Of a stretch of DNA of 64,000 nucleotides, positions 44,928-57,615 are shown piece by piece. The translations under genes and the position numbers were made by a program. The DNA lies in the NCBI GenBank assembly GCA_047495785.1, contig JBLDXI010000055.1:434001-498000 (forward strand), in the 5' to 3' direction. The DNA comes from Lepidodermella squamata (taxonomy: Eukaryota > Animalia > Gastrotricha). Below the pieces are notes generated by a model. The model saw only the letters and a list, made by a program, of their open reading frames with translations. It was not told where the DNA came from and did no database searches. How positions within the stretch are numbered: position 1 is the first letter of the stretch; the number at the start of each line of letters is the position of its first letter.

Positions 44928-47900
44928 TCAAGCGAAAGTTTCATAATAATGAGTCATTAATGGTCCTTCGAATTTGTTGTTCTCTCGCACGGCCTGCTCG
45001 ACTGTTGGAATTAGAGCCGATGGCCCGCATGTGAATACGCCTATCGATCGCGCTGTTGCGTGGACCTCTTTCAACGTTCGAAAAGTCTCAACAAAATTAG
45101 GCCGGCCGAAATGCGTGGTCGCTTTCAGGCCCGTGAAAATACTACGGCCGTGCAGTTTCTGAAAATGCTGCTCGCAAATGTAGAGCATTATAGTACGAAA
45201 ATCGAATTTAGACTGGAATTGAGTGATGCAAATGTGAGTTGCCACGAATCCATTGATATCTACCATTTCCTCTTGTCGGATAATATCAGTAAACCACTCG
45301 AACTGTTTTTGATTACGAGTGATCCAAAAGAAGTAGACTTTTTTGCAGTCATAGGGCATGTAGGAAAACGATAGCAAGTGGGAGATGTGTTTTAAGATGG
45401 AAGCGAACGGGGTTACGCCAATACCGGCGCCAACTAGTACTGCGACATCGCTTCTATGCCAGTCTTGATGGCCCTCGCCATACGGTCCTTCGATGCGAAC
45501 AATCGAGAGCGGTGTTTCGGGTGAACTAGCGAGTTTATTCAGTTTTCGGGTCCAAGGTCCAACTGATAAGATATGCAGTGACATGGTTGATTCATGCGGC
45601 GCAGTTGTCAGCGTGAACGGATGGTACTCGTGGCCGATTTCCGGGACACGAATTCGCACCCACTGTCCGGCCACGTATTGCAATTCTGGCGGTTTTTGAA
45701 ATATTAATCGAGTCACCCCGGATGGTAAAGGAGTAGCTGAGACAACTGCGAGATCTGCATTTCGTCTCAGGGCGGAAATAACTCGATCGACGCACAAAAT
45801 GAACGCAGGGCCAAGGAAGAATGCGAAAAACAACGGGGTTTGAAGTAAACACCCCAACCCATGGAAATTGAGGAGGATAGCGGCGACAAACCAGAGTTGA
45901 TGGGTAATCCAGAACTGACGGAAAGCGAACGATCTTCCGAAAGCAAATGCGAAAATAGGCACGTAAACAGCGATCAGCAGAAATCCAGTCAGGCCGGTAA
46001 GAGTTTCATAGCCCAGCCAAACAAAAACGTTATGGCCCGGCGGTGGTCTTACACCCTTCAACTCAGGCATTAAACACCACAGATCTTCAACAGGCAATTG
46101 AGCGAGGTGATAAAAATTCGATATGTGAGCGAAAGTGTGCAAAACTGTGGCAAGAAGGTTGATGACCGAAATGAATTTATGAGCGCTGACCAATGAATCG
46201 AAGGGGAAATAGTGGCGTAAACTGGTATCTCGAATCGCTGTGAAAACACTGCGCGCCATTAGCAGAATCATAGTACCGAATGTAAAACTGATAACTATCG
46301 CCCCAGCCCTAGCAAAAGGGGCACCTAGGCCAACGACGGCAATTAATGGTTTCTGACTCATATAAGAGTCGGCGAATCGAAGACCAAAAAGACCGGCGCA
46401 AAAACAGACATACAAGGTACCCCAGAATAGCTCAAGGCTGTAGCTGTCGAAAAATGCTCGAAGCGATGTTACAAATCCGGAGGAATCTTTCTCATCTTCC
46501 GAGCTCGCAGAAATTATGCTAGCTGATCTATCTCGCTTCTGTTGCGGCGGTTGTTGTGTTTCTTCCATTACAGGTTCCAGATTTCTCGTTGGTCCATGGC
46601 TTTGCATAGATTCTCGCCTCGACTCTGGGTCAGGATTTGCCTTCCAGTCGTCTGGCAATAGACCAGGCAAAGTCATTGCTGACAAATCAATCTCATTTCT
46701 GTGAAGTTCGAATACGCGCCAGAAGTCATTGAAGTTCATTTGAACCTCCGCGCTGTTGTCATTCAGTCGATCTTTCACGATTTCATCGAAAAGCCGCTGT
46801 AAGACTTCTTCGGGAATTTGCTGATTTCCGGTGGCAGACAGGGACACTAACATCGTGGCGAATTCTTCGTAACTCAAATTTCCATCACCATCACTGTCGT
46901 ATAGCTTGAAAAGCAGGCTCAATCGATCTTTGTTGGTTCCTTTCGCGATTTGAGCCATGAAATCGACAAGTTCGTGGTAAGTTATCGATCCAGATCGATC
47001 TTTGTCGACGAAATTGAACAAGTACATGGTGAATTTGTCACTTGGATCAGTTCGCAGCATATAGGCCAGTTCTGGGAGGGTGATTTCGCACATGTGGAGA
47101 ATTTCTTCAAACGGAACAGCATTGTCATTGCCGATATAAGCAGATGAAGTCAACAGCCTGCTATGCGTTTGCGCTTTATCACTGGATGCTTCGACCAAAG
47201 CCGCGCGAAGCAAAGCTTCGATTCTTCGTTTATGTTGCTCCTTCGTTATACAGCTCTGCAATACAGCTGCTTTCGGGGCGGTAGTTCTAATTATCTCGAT
47301 ATGCAGAGGCTCGGTAAACGCCAACAACGCCGATACAAAATTGCTTTTAAGCTCTTCGCTCGAAAATTTCAAGGCCAAATGAGCGTCTGCCGGTACCCGG
47401 AATGATATCAATCGAGCAGCCTCTGTCAACATGTACGGTCTTTTGTTATTAGCGCGTTCAACTGCACGGTTCCGATTCACCGAGGCGCCACGAAGAGGCT
47501 CGGAATGCATGATGATTCGACTAGCTCGACGTATCGCTTGAGCGAATGAAACTCTCGTGTTTGGCCTTTCTTCATGAAAGACGATTTTGCGAATAACAGT
47601 TTTCCTATCCACAACATTCAGAAGCCGGATCGATTTATCTTTCTTGTTGAAATCAATGAGGACATGGCGATATTTCGATTGCAAACCTCGCCGCCCGATG
47701 TACTCCCGAGCATAGAAATAGCCAGTATCGGCCAAAGGTGTAGTGGATGTCCGTAATCGGGCAGCTACCATTTTCTCTTTCGCATGCCTCCGCATCCGTG
47801 GCCAGTAAAGGCAAAATATGACGGCCAAAACAAAAATTGCGATACCAGCCAAGGTAAGAGCGACAGGAATAACAACCTCAGGAACAGGTGTGATAAAAAT

Positions 47901-49019
47901 CGGACAGACATTCTTCTCTTTCGCACTAGTGTTTCGAGCTGAAGTTGAATTCCTCCGTTTCCAACAAGGATTCTTTTCGATAAGGAAGAGATTCTCTTGC
48001 AAACTTTCAGGAGCTACTTGCAAGACAGTTGCCAAAATCTTGGATAGCGTGATGTTTTTCAAGCAGCTCATCTGTTCCGATGAAAACTGCGCTGTTTTGT
48101 TTGATGAGTACCAAAAAATGTCGTTCTGTCGAATGTTCTTGAATTGATTAGCGAAAATTTGCCGGAAAGTGCGATCGAAGTTAACAATACCGCCAGGAAT
48201 CAATTCAACGTCTTCTGCATCATGATAGGCTGAAGAGAGCCGATCAATGTATCTTAGACAAGTTTCTATGCCATTGCATTCAGCACGCAAGCTGTCCCAG
48301 GTTGCAACTTGTTGATTATTCGTCAAAAATCTAACCATATCATTGTAAGTCGGTAGGGCTAAATCTCTACCTCGAGAGATTGCCACGGCCAAAATATCGA
48401 CTGTATCGCCTGAGGCAGATCGCACGGCAGCAAGATCTTCGATAGCTGTGTAGTCCATTGGTTTTGAAGCAGAAGAAATGAGATTCAGCAAAACATCAGA
48501 AAATTCTCGCTTTGATTGATGCATGTGGCAAAATTGCTCAGATTCGGTGACATTATCAGGATATGAGCAAATCCGATCTTCGTAATTGCTTAGAACAGTT
48601 TGAGGCACATGGAATAAGAAATAATTTATTGCCGCGGCAGCGAATGAGTCGTAGATTGTAATAGGGTTAGACTCTTGTGAAAGAAAGTCTATCGTAGAGT
48701 TGATCCAGAGGGGTAGAAGCTCGTTTTCGACTACAACTTGAAAAGATGCAATCGTCCATCGCCTATCATAGATAATGAATTTTAATCACAGAATGAGTTT
48801 TTTTAGCTTACCGTGCCTCAGTAAATATTTCTTCGTCAGTCAAAGGAGGTTTCCTGTTAGCAAGCTGAGCTTGAGCGATAATAGCATCAGCAATGAGGTT
48901 GTGCCATTTCAACCACATTAACCGAATAGCGTTGAAGTAAGTAGACTGAGGAATTTGTGGGTAATCGTTGAAACCCTCGCTTGACGCATTCGAAACCCTC
49001 TCAAGGTCCAAGGTGCAAA

Positions 49020-49066
<47 letters not shown>

Positions 49067-49659
49067 GAACACGAACCAACTTTGCCGCTGCGATAAGCTC
49101 GGATAGACCGTAAACTTTGACCGGATGATCCATAAATTGCACTTCCGTCAAGGTATGCCGTAGCCCAGTTTCTTGCCCTTTGGTCAATAGAGCTTCGCCA
49201 TCCCCAGCTAGCATAGCAAGCGCCAGACGAAACCGATCGATCGCTTCGTGCAAGCCACTTTCCACGCTTTCCTCCGGCGACTCCAACACGTGAGTTGCCA
49301 TCAGGCGACAACTTCATATAGCTTCGAGGGCAAGTTGGCGATGATATGTCAATCAGATCAGAGAATACAAATTGAGCGAAAAACGCAAAAAATGCCGAAT
49401 AAGCTGATGTGGTGCTCGAATTATTGAAGCCGTTATCACCGGGTGAAAAATACAATAGCTGGGTAAGGTTCAGGACATCTTGAGGTTCAAAGTCATTTTC
49501 AGATAGCGGGCCGTGACGTACTATTGTTGATCCAACAGATCCAGCGGAAGGAAAAGCGGGGTTATTGAACGTTCCGTCACAAGAGTATGTTGGAGATGCG
49601 AACGTGTTTGTGGTCAAAGCATTACAAGTGAATGCGAATCCGCCTGATGATGAGGCCAT
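44928..49659 (-). CDS. DUOX: Dual oxidase (peroxidase-homology domain, TM, two EF hands, ferric reductase, FAD/NADPH domains), 2 coding exons
   Basis: DGTFNN, TAYLDGSAIYG, EAR|RWTIASFQ (intron 48811-48763), RGRDLALPTYN; EF hands DKDRSGSITYHE and DSDGDGNLSYEE; heme His pairs; HPFTLTTAP, EGPYG, VGAGIGVTPF, FGRPNF, FTCGP, HYYETF. Confidence 0.93.
49021..49065. repeat. (ATC)15 microsatellite encoding poly-Asp in DUOX
   Basis: Perfect trinucleotide run, read as GAT x15 on the coding strand. Confidence 0.95.
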
Positions 49660-51670
49660 TTATTAACGCCTAATAAAAAAAATCCATTAGTATCTCTAGC
49701 AAATATTTTGAGTGATCATATTGGAAGCGGATGTATCGTCGAAGCAGGGTAGGAAATTAAGACATACAGTCGGTAAGAAGTGTTCTCCCCAAGTTGTTGG
49801 TTGTCTTCTTTAGAGAGGAATATGAGAAAGTGAACAATCTGAAGGCTAAGATATCTCAGTCCTGCGACAGTATTTCGCCAACCATTTCAATTTGCTAGTT
49901 ACTAAATCAAAGTTGCTAGTTTCATAAACTTAGCAGGTGTAAAGTGGGTCTAGTGCTCATTTACTTATCAAAATGCTGAGGATGCTGAGTAATGAATTGT
50001 TGATGATGCCTCCAAATAAAATAAGAAAATTCAAATTCGAGGCAATGACTATATATTAAATATATATCAGTTCAGAAGTTTATGACTAGCAAATGAGGCA
50101 TCCGCACGCTTGCCAAAATGAATATATACCATGCCGTGTCCTCAACGTGATCTACTCGTAATCAACCGAAATCCTGATCAAAATAAATAAGTACACACCT
50201 CCTAGACACGCCAGAATCTTGAATAGTGTCGGTCGTACAATCATACAGCAGAGTGCAAAGTAGGTACGCAGCTTTGAACGGTATGAAGTGATCTTTTCCT
50301 GGCATCAAGCCAAAAGCATATTACAGGGGGCGTGGCAGAGATGCCAAACTTTTCCATTCGACCGAACGTATTTTTGCATGTTTGAAAAAATGTTGCAAAA
50401 TTTTTAGTTCACGCTTATATAGTTGTAAACAATCTAATCAATGAATAGCTCTCGAATTTTTGTTATTCAGGTTTATATTGTACACGTTGCAAAAATGCCA
50501 AAAAGTAGAAGTTGTCGTTTGATCCTTTCCGAGCTCTTTTAGCCTTTTCCCAGCACCCACCCACCACCCAAAACGTCAAAAGAAGGAAAACGGCGGCCTT
50601 GGATGGACTTGGGACCTGTCCAAAACGGAGATTAAACTTTCATCCATTTAGTTGTATGTTGTTCGCTCTGTGTCATCCTCTGTGTTTCATCCCTCAAAAT
50701 AACATTGTCGTGTGGATTGAACAAAATTCGTCGGCCGTTGAAGATGAAACATGCGCTTCCGCTACATCGGCCGAAAAGCTGAAGTTAAAGTTGTCTCAGA
50801 TAGAAAAATTTGGTAGGAAAAATTGGCATTTGGCTATGTATACCGTTAAAGAGCAAAGAACAAGGGCTGACAAGGATCCTTGGACCTCGGAGACTGTTCA
50901 TGATCCATGATCCATTGTGGCGACGTGCGACGCCAGTCTTGACAACTTTCAACATGGAAATAAATTCTATGGGCTTCGCTCTTCGCTCTCATTATTTAAC
51001 AACATTCTCACAAGTCAGAAGTTGAAAGCCTGTTTCGTGCTCTATTTTTGCTGTTGAGCTCAACCTTTCATCATTTTCCTGGCTTCTTGTTTTCTCAAGC
51101 GCTGATTGTCTGTTTCTAGGAGATCGCTCTGTATCATTGAAAAGTTACTTAGTTGTAAACTTCCAGATTTGCCGATTGATCTTTCTTCTGTTGATGTGTC
51201 ACCCCAGGGCATTGAATTGTTCATGCGTGTGCCCTGCTTTGCTTTGCTTTTCGTGGCTCGTTTATCTCATCCCGATATGAATCGTATTGGCGCTGGATAA
51301 CAGCTGTTTCCGGTTATATCGGTGGAAACTGAGCTTTTTCTTAAAAAGCAATAGCTGGTGGGTTTTTATCAATGCGCGACGCCATTATTCATTGGGCTGC
51401 CGAAAAATAGGTACCTTGGTGTGCGTAGTATATTAGCCGCCAACATTGCAATTGTCTAATTTTCAGTCTTCAGCAAAGACATGCTTTCGTGGATTACGTG
51501 GAAGTAGATGAGCGATTCATCTGTTCCATGGAATTTGAATTTGCTAACGTTTCAATCAAGTGGATTTCGGATGTGAAATATTCATTCCGCCAACTTTTGA
51601 AAATATATTTTATAGGGCAATTAGTATTAATTTATTTTGGTATTGATTGACTTCTTCTGCGAAGGACACA

Positions 51671-52249
51671 ATGTTTCTATGGGACTGGTTTGCTGGAGTT
51701 CTTAATTTTCTTGGATTGTATAAAAAATCCGGCAAACTTCTGTTTTTGGGCCTCGACAATGCTGGTAAAACAACACTTCTACATATGCTGAAGGACGACA
51801 GAATGGCCGTTGCCGTGCCTACTCTGCACCCTACCTCGGAGGAAATGACCATGGGAGGCATGCGCTTCACCACATTCGACTTGGGTGGTCACGCTCAGGC
51901 TCGCCGTGTCTGGCGCGATTACTTCCCTGCCGTCGATGGCATTGTATTTTTATTGGACGCGAGTGATAGAGAGCGATTCCCCGAGGCGAAAGTCGAGCTC
52001 GACAGCCTTTTGACTGACGAGGGAATTTCTAACGTTCCTGTGATTATCCTGGCTAACAAGATTGACCGCCCCATGGCAGCTTCAGAGGATGAGGTGCGCC
52101 ACCATTTCGGACTACGTGGCCTGACTACTGGCAAAAACACAGTTCCCCGCAGCGAGCTTCCTGGACGACCCATTGAGTTGTTTATGTGCTCTGTGTTGAA
52201 GCGTCAAGGCTACGGCGAGGCCTTCAGATGGTTGGCTCAATACATCTGA
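51671..52249 (+). CDS. SAR1: Small GTPase SAR1 (COPII), intronless CDS, 192 aa
   Basis: MFLWDWF..., [57 protein letters not shown]. Confidence 0.98.
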   Translation: MFLWDWFAGVLNFLGLYKKSGKLLFLGLDNAGKTTLLHMLKDDRMAVAVPTLHPTSEEMTMGGMRFTTFDLGGHAQARRVWRDYFPAVDGIVFLLDASDRERFPEAKVELDSLLTDEGISNVPVIILANKIDRPMAASEDEVRHHFGLRGLTTGKNTVPRSELPGRPIELFMCSVLKRQGYGEAFRWLAQYI

Positions 52250-52983
52250 GCCGCGCTCGATCTTAAGCGATATTGTCGTCCAGCCTTGCATGCTCTAGAA
52301 ATATAAAATTTGATAATGATTAAATGACGATGAAGAAGAAAACCCGAGTACAAACTAGGATCTTGCAAAACTTGTATGGTGACTTCAAATGGTGAAGAAA
52401 AAACAACAAATTGGATCAATTTGTTTGGTTTGCTATGAATGAGTCTTTTTTGATGCTGTCCCACTCCATGTGTTGCTTAATATTGAATACGGTAGACTAA
52501 GATGTAGATACGTAACACAATTTTTTGCTCTCACTTTCGACGGGGTTGTCCGCGATTTTATTCGCAAACCTACACTTTTGTTTCAAAGCTATCTGGCCAT
52601 ATGTGTATAGTAGGGAATTTTCCAAGATGTAAATTATATACGAAAAATCGGCATTTGGTATTTTCGTCTTATAAACCCTGCTATTGTCACTTCATTGCTA
52701 TTAAACATAACATATAATTACAGAATTCGGACTGTAAATATAAAGTATATTATCTCTGTTATCGATTCTGATGGAAAGAAAAACAAAGTTGAATTATATG
52801 ACGATGTGTGTCCTCACATCTGCTGTCAATGTGCTACTACTGTTTACTTATTAAAGACGATCCGCCGAGCCTTGCAATGAAAGGAGAAATAAAAGTCCAT
52901 GATGGTTGAGTGTATCATCGCACGCGTTAATCTTCGCTATTTAGTTAGTCGTTTTTTTATATAAAGTTTTTAATTCCCTCCAA

Positions 52984-54139
52984 ATGGACGAAATTGTTGC
53001 AGCTCCGAAGGTTCTATCCATCCAAAGCCACGTTGTATACGGTTATGTAGGCAACCGGGCTGCTGTCTTTCCCCTCCAGTACCTAGGATTCAATGTTAGC
53101 TTCATCAATTCAGTCCAATTTTCGAATCATACTCGTAAGTTGGCTTTCTTATAAGATGACGAAAGCATGTTGATAACAATCATTACGGCATGCACAGAAT
53201 ATCCGACATTCCAAGGCCACATACTAGAAGAAGCTGAGCTGAACAAAGTGGTTGAAGGTCTCGTGAAAAATGGTTTGACCAACTACGACTATTTGATAAC
53301 TGGCTATTGCCGATCCGCTTCGTTTCTGCGGGAAATACGGAAAACTGTCCTATTATTGCGGTCTTTCAATCCGAAAATGAAATACATCTGCGACCCTGTG
53401 ATGGGCGACCAAGGCCGATTTTACTGCCCAACCGAACTTGTCGATCTCTTTCGAACTGAAATCCTTCCACTGGCCGATGTTATTACGCCAAATCAGTTCG
53501 AGATGGAAGTTATTTCTGGGAAGAAATTATCCGGGGAAAGTGACGTTTTGGAGGCCTTGGATTTTTGCCATAAATTAGGTGTAAAAACGGTGGTATTAAG
53601 CAGCTGTCAATTCCAAGATGTGAGTGCATTCAAATTGTCTTGTTTTATTATACCAGCAATTTTCCTTAATAGAGTAAACAGCTGGTCTCTTACGCCAGCA
53701 ATATAGAGGATGGAAAGAGGTATCGGGTAACTTATCCGGCCTTGCCTCGCCAATTCACTGGATCGGGCGATCTTTTCACTGCAATACTCACGGCTCAAAT
53801 TCACAAATTTCCTCATGATTTGTCATCGGCCCTTGAACGCGCCATCTCAGTTGTTCAGGTTAGTGCATGTTTTGTTTGTTTTTACGCGTGAAACTCATTG
53901 GCACATCGTGATGTTGTGTTTTTCGCTCCCGCAAACAGGCTATACTCATGTTGACGCACAAATGCCATGAGAAGGAAATGGCGGCGCTTAATGGCAAACC
54001 AGTTGCGGACAACTCGGCCTTTGCCGGCGTAAAGCGCGAGGCGATGCCGTGGGCCGCTCTCGAGCTGCGACTCATTGAGGGCCGACACCTGCTTGAGTCG
54101 CCGGACATCCCCCTCTTCCGCGCGGAGCCTATTCTATAA
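52984..54139 (+). CDS. PDXK: Pyridoxal kinase, 4 exons
   Basis: [23 protein letters not shown]...NSVQFSNHT; ITGY; CDPVMGD; TPNQFE; FTGSGDLF; LELRLI. Three short GT-AG introns. Confidence 0.95.
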
Positions 54140-54791
54140 AAAAACAACACAACGATTTATTTCCTGGAAACCAAAAATGGCCTAGGCTACGCATAATGGA
54201 TGAATCAGCCGTTTTCCGCCAAAATATAATATTGTTTCCCGAGATGGTGCTCGTGAAATTGAGATGGTAACCCTTTAATGTTTTGATATTACCAGGACTT
54301 CGATGGTGAAATACTAATTGATGGGCCCTTAATTATTGTGCCTCAATTTTTTGATGATTGTTGTGTTTACTTATAAGGATGTGATGATTAGTTCACTTTG
54401 ATCAACTGAACTAAATTAATAAATTGATGAGTACCGCCTGTATTGTTTTTTTACCCTGCTTCGAATGAATGGGATCTTAAAATAAAGTTCAAGTAATATT
54501 GTAGCCGCTTATCAGAGCAGTGAATCAAAGCGAAAATTCTTGAGTGAGATGCAAGGTATTAGGTCAAATTTCCACCTAGAGAACTTCAATTATGAGCACA
54601 ACACATTTTAGCGCACGAAAAGGGTCTTCGTTAAGATAACAATCAGCTCATTTTCGTGGAGTAACGCCAAGTATATTATTTAATCCGTTTTTTTTATTAT
54701 CACCGTATAAACAAGGTGTAAGTTTTGAACAACAACAAACATAAAAATTGCAGGTCACAATATGTGCAGACACAAACGCGAGAATAATCAA

Positions 54792-55469
54792 TCAGCGGGA
54801 GAGTCTGTTTTGCCTGTCAATATTCTGCTTCAGTTTCGAAAAAATACTGCTCCTAGGCCCGGGGGTGTCGATGGCCAGTCCAAGTTTGACCAAGTTATTA
54901 TTATACGCTAGCAATTCCGCAATCTTCTGTTCGGCTTGGATGCCCATAACTTTGAAAGATTGATTCGCAAGGTAAACCTCAGATACAGTAGGGGCTTGGT
55001 TGATTGCAGCGATGAGGTCGACCAGTGCCATTGGCGTGATGTAATTTGACTCGAGATTTATCGACTCAAGCACTGTATCCTTGTTCTCTCCGAGTACTTC
55101 GATCAGCATTCGAGCTCCAGTATCGGTTAGGCCAGTGTTTGCTAGACTCAGCTCGACGAGATTGGTGTTGCGTCGGAGAGCGTCAAAAAGCCGCCGGAAT
55201 TCTTCGCCGTTAAGGTGGATATTGTTGAAGTTGACTTGAATGAAATCTTCGTTGTTATCTTCGATTTGTTGAATGGCGAAATCAATGTCAGTGTTGTTAT
55301 CCGGCTCGTCTTCAACCGGGTCGTAAGCTGTAGCTTTCGCAGTGTTATTCGTGAAAACGTGCTCGCTCGTGATGAATTCGTGGAAACACAGCACGTCCTC
55401 CATGCTCATGGTGGCGTTCTCTTCAAAGTCGCCCAACATGTCGTCGAAATCATCGTAGGAAAGGCTCAT
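54792..55469 (-). CDS. Truncated tropomodulin paralog (LRR domain only), 225 aa
   Basis: Colinear with the last exon of the neighbouring tropomodulin (DEPDNNTD, VNFNNI, LSLANTGLTD, INLESNYIT, LGLAIDTPGPR). TATAAAA is present about 70 bp upstream. Confidence 0.88.
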   Translation of the reverse strand: MSLSYDDFDDMLGDFEENATMSMEDVLCFHEFITSEHVFTNNTAKATAYDPVEDEPDNNTDIDFAIQQIEDNNEDFIQVNFNNIHLNGEEFRRLFDALRRNTNLVELSLANTGLTDTGARMLIEVLGENKDTVLESINLESNYITPMALVDLIAAINQAPTVSEVYLANQSFKVMGIQAEQKIAELLAYNNNLVKLGLAIDTPGPRSSIFSKLKQNIDRQNRLSR

Positions 55470-57615
55470 ATTTGATCTAGATATAATTATTTGGTAGACA
55501 GTTTTTTTATAACTTGCTCCCCAGCAATCCGGCGGGTTTTTATACGGGTGAGCAACAATAAAAGTGGTTCTTTCATCACATGCTTTTATAGCTACAGCGC
55601 GGGGGATGTAAGGGCATTGGACGATGAGATACGTGAAGCATCTCTGTCTTGAATATCAAAAAAGCAAATAATATAGATTGATGAGATCATGCAATAAAAT
55701 TGGCCCTGAAAAATCGTCGATAACGCAGCGAGCAGCCGATAATTCAGGGTGCTAAATGGTAACACTGTTTTTTTGTTGGTAATATTCATGTTGGCATATC
55801 AGCAACACGCATTTGTTGTTACATCTGCTCTCGTCCGTCACTGCCCTCAACACTCGTTTTTTATCTGTATATCTACCGCTTCATTCGCTGGGTACTGTAT
55901 AAGCAACCGGTGCATGCAACACGCGCGAATCAATCACTAGCAAAAAACGCGAAGTGTTACTTTTACCACTGTGTGTATTTCCGCTATCGGCCGCCAAATG
56001 TTGACGTGTTCTCGAACGCAAATTTTAGCGCAACACCGGCTTATCTTCAACAGCTTCTCCGATGATATATAAATAACCCGTCTTGTAATATAACATCACC
56101 AATGTTGCGTACAGCTCAAATTCTGGTACACGAACACCTGACTATATCCGGGAAATGGCCTTTTTTATTTGCGCCGAGACATGTTATTACAGACAAAATT
56201 TCCGATCGCACGCGCAGTCACATTCTTTCATAGATAATATTATTGTTTTGTACAACGTTCACGAGACGAGACATCAAGTATATATGTATATATATTGTAT
56301 AGACGACGTTCAACAGAAACAGATAGAGCGCGTACATGTATAGCATAAATTTCGCGTAGTATATTAACGTAGTTATGATATTATATGCGAGAAGAGCGAG
56401 GCGACGTTGGCGGTTTGACACCAAAAGTTATTACAATCTTCATTATATCATTTTTTGTATCAAGTCGCAGCATGCTGTGCAAGATTTGGAAACGAAAATT
56501 GGCATGCCCGCAAAAGCTGGTATTGATTTTTGAACATAGAAATTTGCGTCACTTTTTTCAAAACGTTTTTTTTATTCCAAGATTAATTGACGATGGAAAC
56601 ATCAGGGCACAAATCAGGTGGAAGTTGTGCCACTTGGAGCGTGACACAATTCAGCTCCTTAATGCGGGCTGGATATAGGTAAAATGTAGTTTAAACATCA
56701 ACTCAAGGAGCCTCCTTAACGCTACTGAGAATAAACGAGAGGGCAACCCGAAATGTGTCGATTTTTTTTATACTGTGAGAAGGATAAGCAGCGGCAGTGG
56801 ATGATCAAACTAAAAAAACCGAGGATCCAACTAAATGCACGTGAGCGCCCATGTAAGATACCGCTGTTTTAAGGCAGCATCTTCGAAGCGCGACAGGTCT
56901 ACGTTCGTACATCGAAAAATGGTACGCGCCAAGCGGAAACGAAGTGAAAATTTCTCCACCACGCGCCCATGCTCAATCTCTACCACAGCAATGTCGCTTA
57001 GTTAGTCGTGTTACCGAAAAAACACAGAACAATGAGTCAAATGGTATTTTTGATATTTAGCATCGTAATAGTAAGATATCAAATTGTGGCAGGCTAGGAT
57101 GAAGGTTTGTTGAATGTCATGAAAATGACACAAGGAGGCTTTTGATGTTTTCAGTGATAAATACAGTCAAATAATCTGTTGTAAAAAATGCACAATTTGT
57201 TGTTGATTTGTTGTGTCCTCTGTCCGCCTTATTCACATAACAGGATAAATAATCATATAGAATATAAAAACGATGCAATAAGACAATCTGCAACAAGAAC
57301 TTGTTTTGGTAGCATTTCATCCATCACCTCAAATATTACGCGGAGCAGATTCATTTTTCAAATAATCCACCTTGAACATGAACGAGGTTGATGAGAAGCA
57401 CCACATTTTGAATTGTCTACAAATTACAGCACGGCGCATTTTTTGTTTACTTATCATCATCCTTAATACAGGATTTCGGGTTAGAGCGGCGTGTTTCTCT
57501 TCTGATAAATCTTATCCTTTCTTATTATAATGATCGTAGAATTACTGTATTACATTAAAGAACAAATGAAATATGAAAAGTGTGTTGAAGAAGAAGAAGA
57601 AGAAAAGAGCTACTG

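Noticed and set aside
50335-51300. TIR-like start CAGAGATGCCAA and possible DUOXA or transposase remnants between DUOX and SAR1
   Set aside because: No matching second TIR, and no recognisable DUOXA or transposase translation was found.
51800-51830. SAR1 [10 protein letters not shown] instead of QHVPTLHPT, and PDXK GSGD instead of GTGD
   Set aside because: Variable or conservative positions; the catalytic residues are intact.
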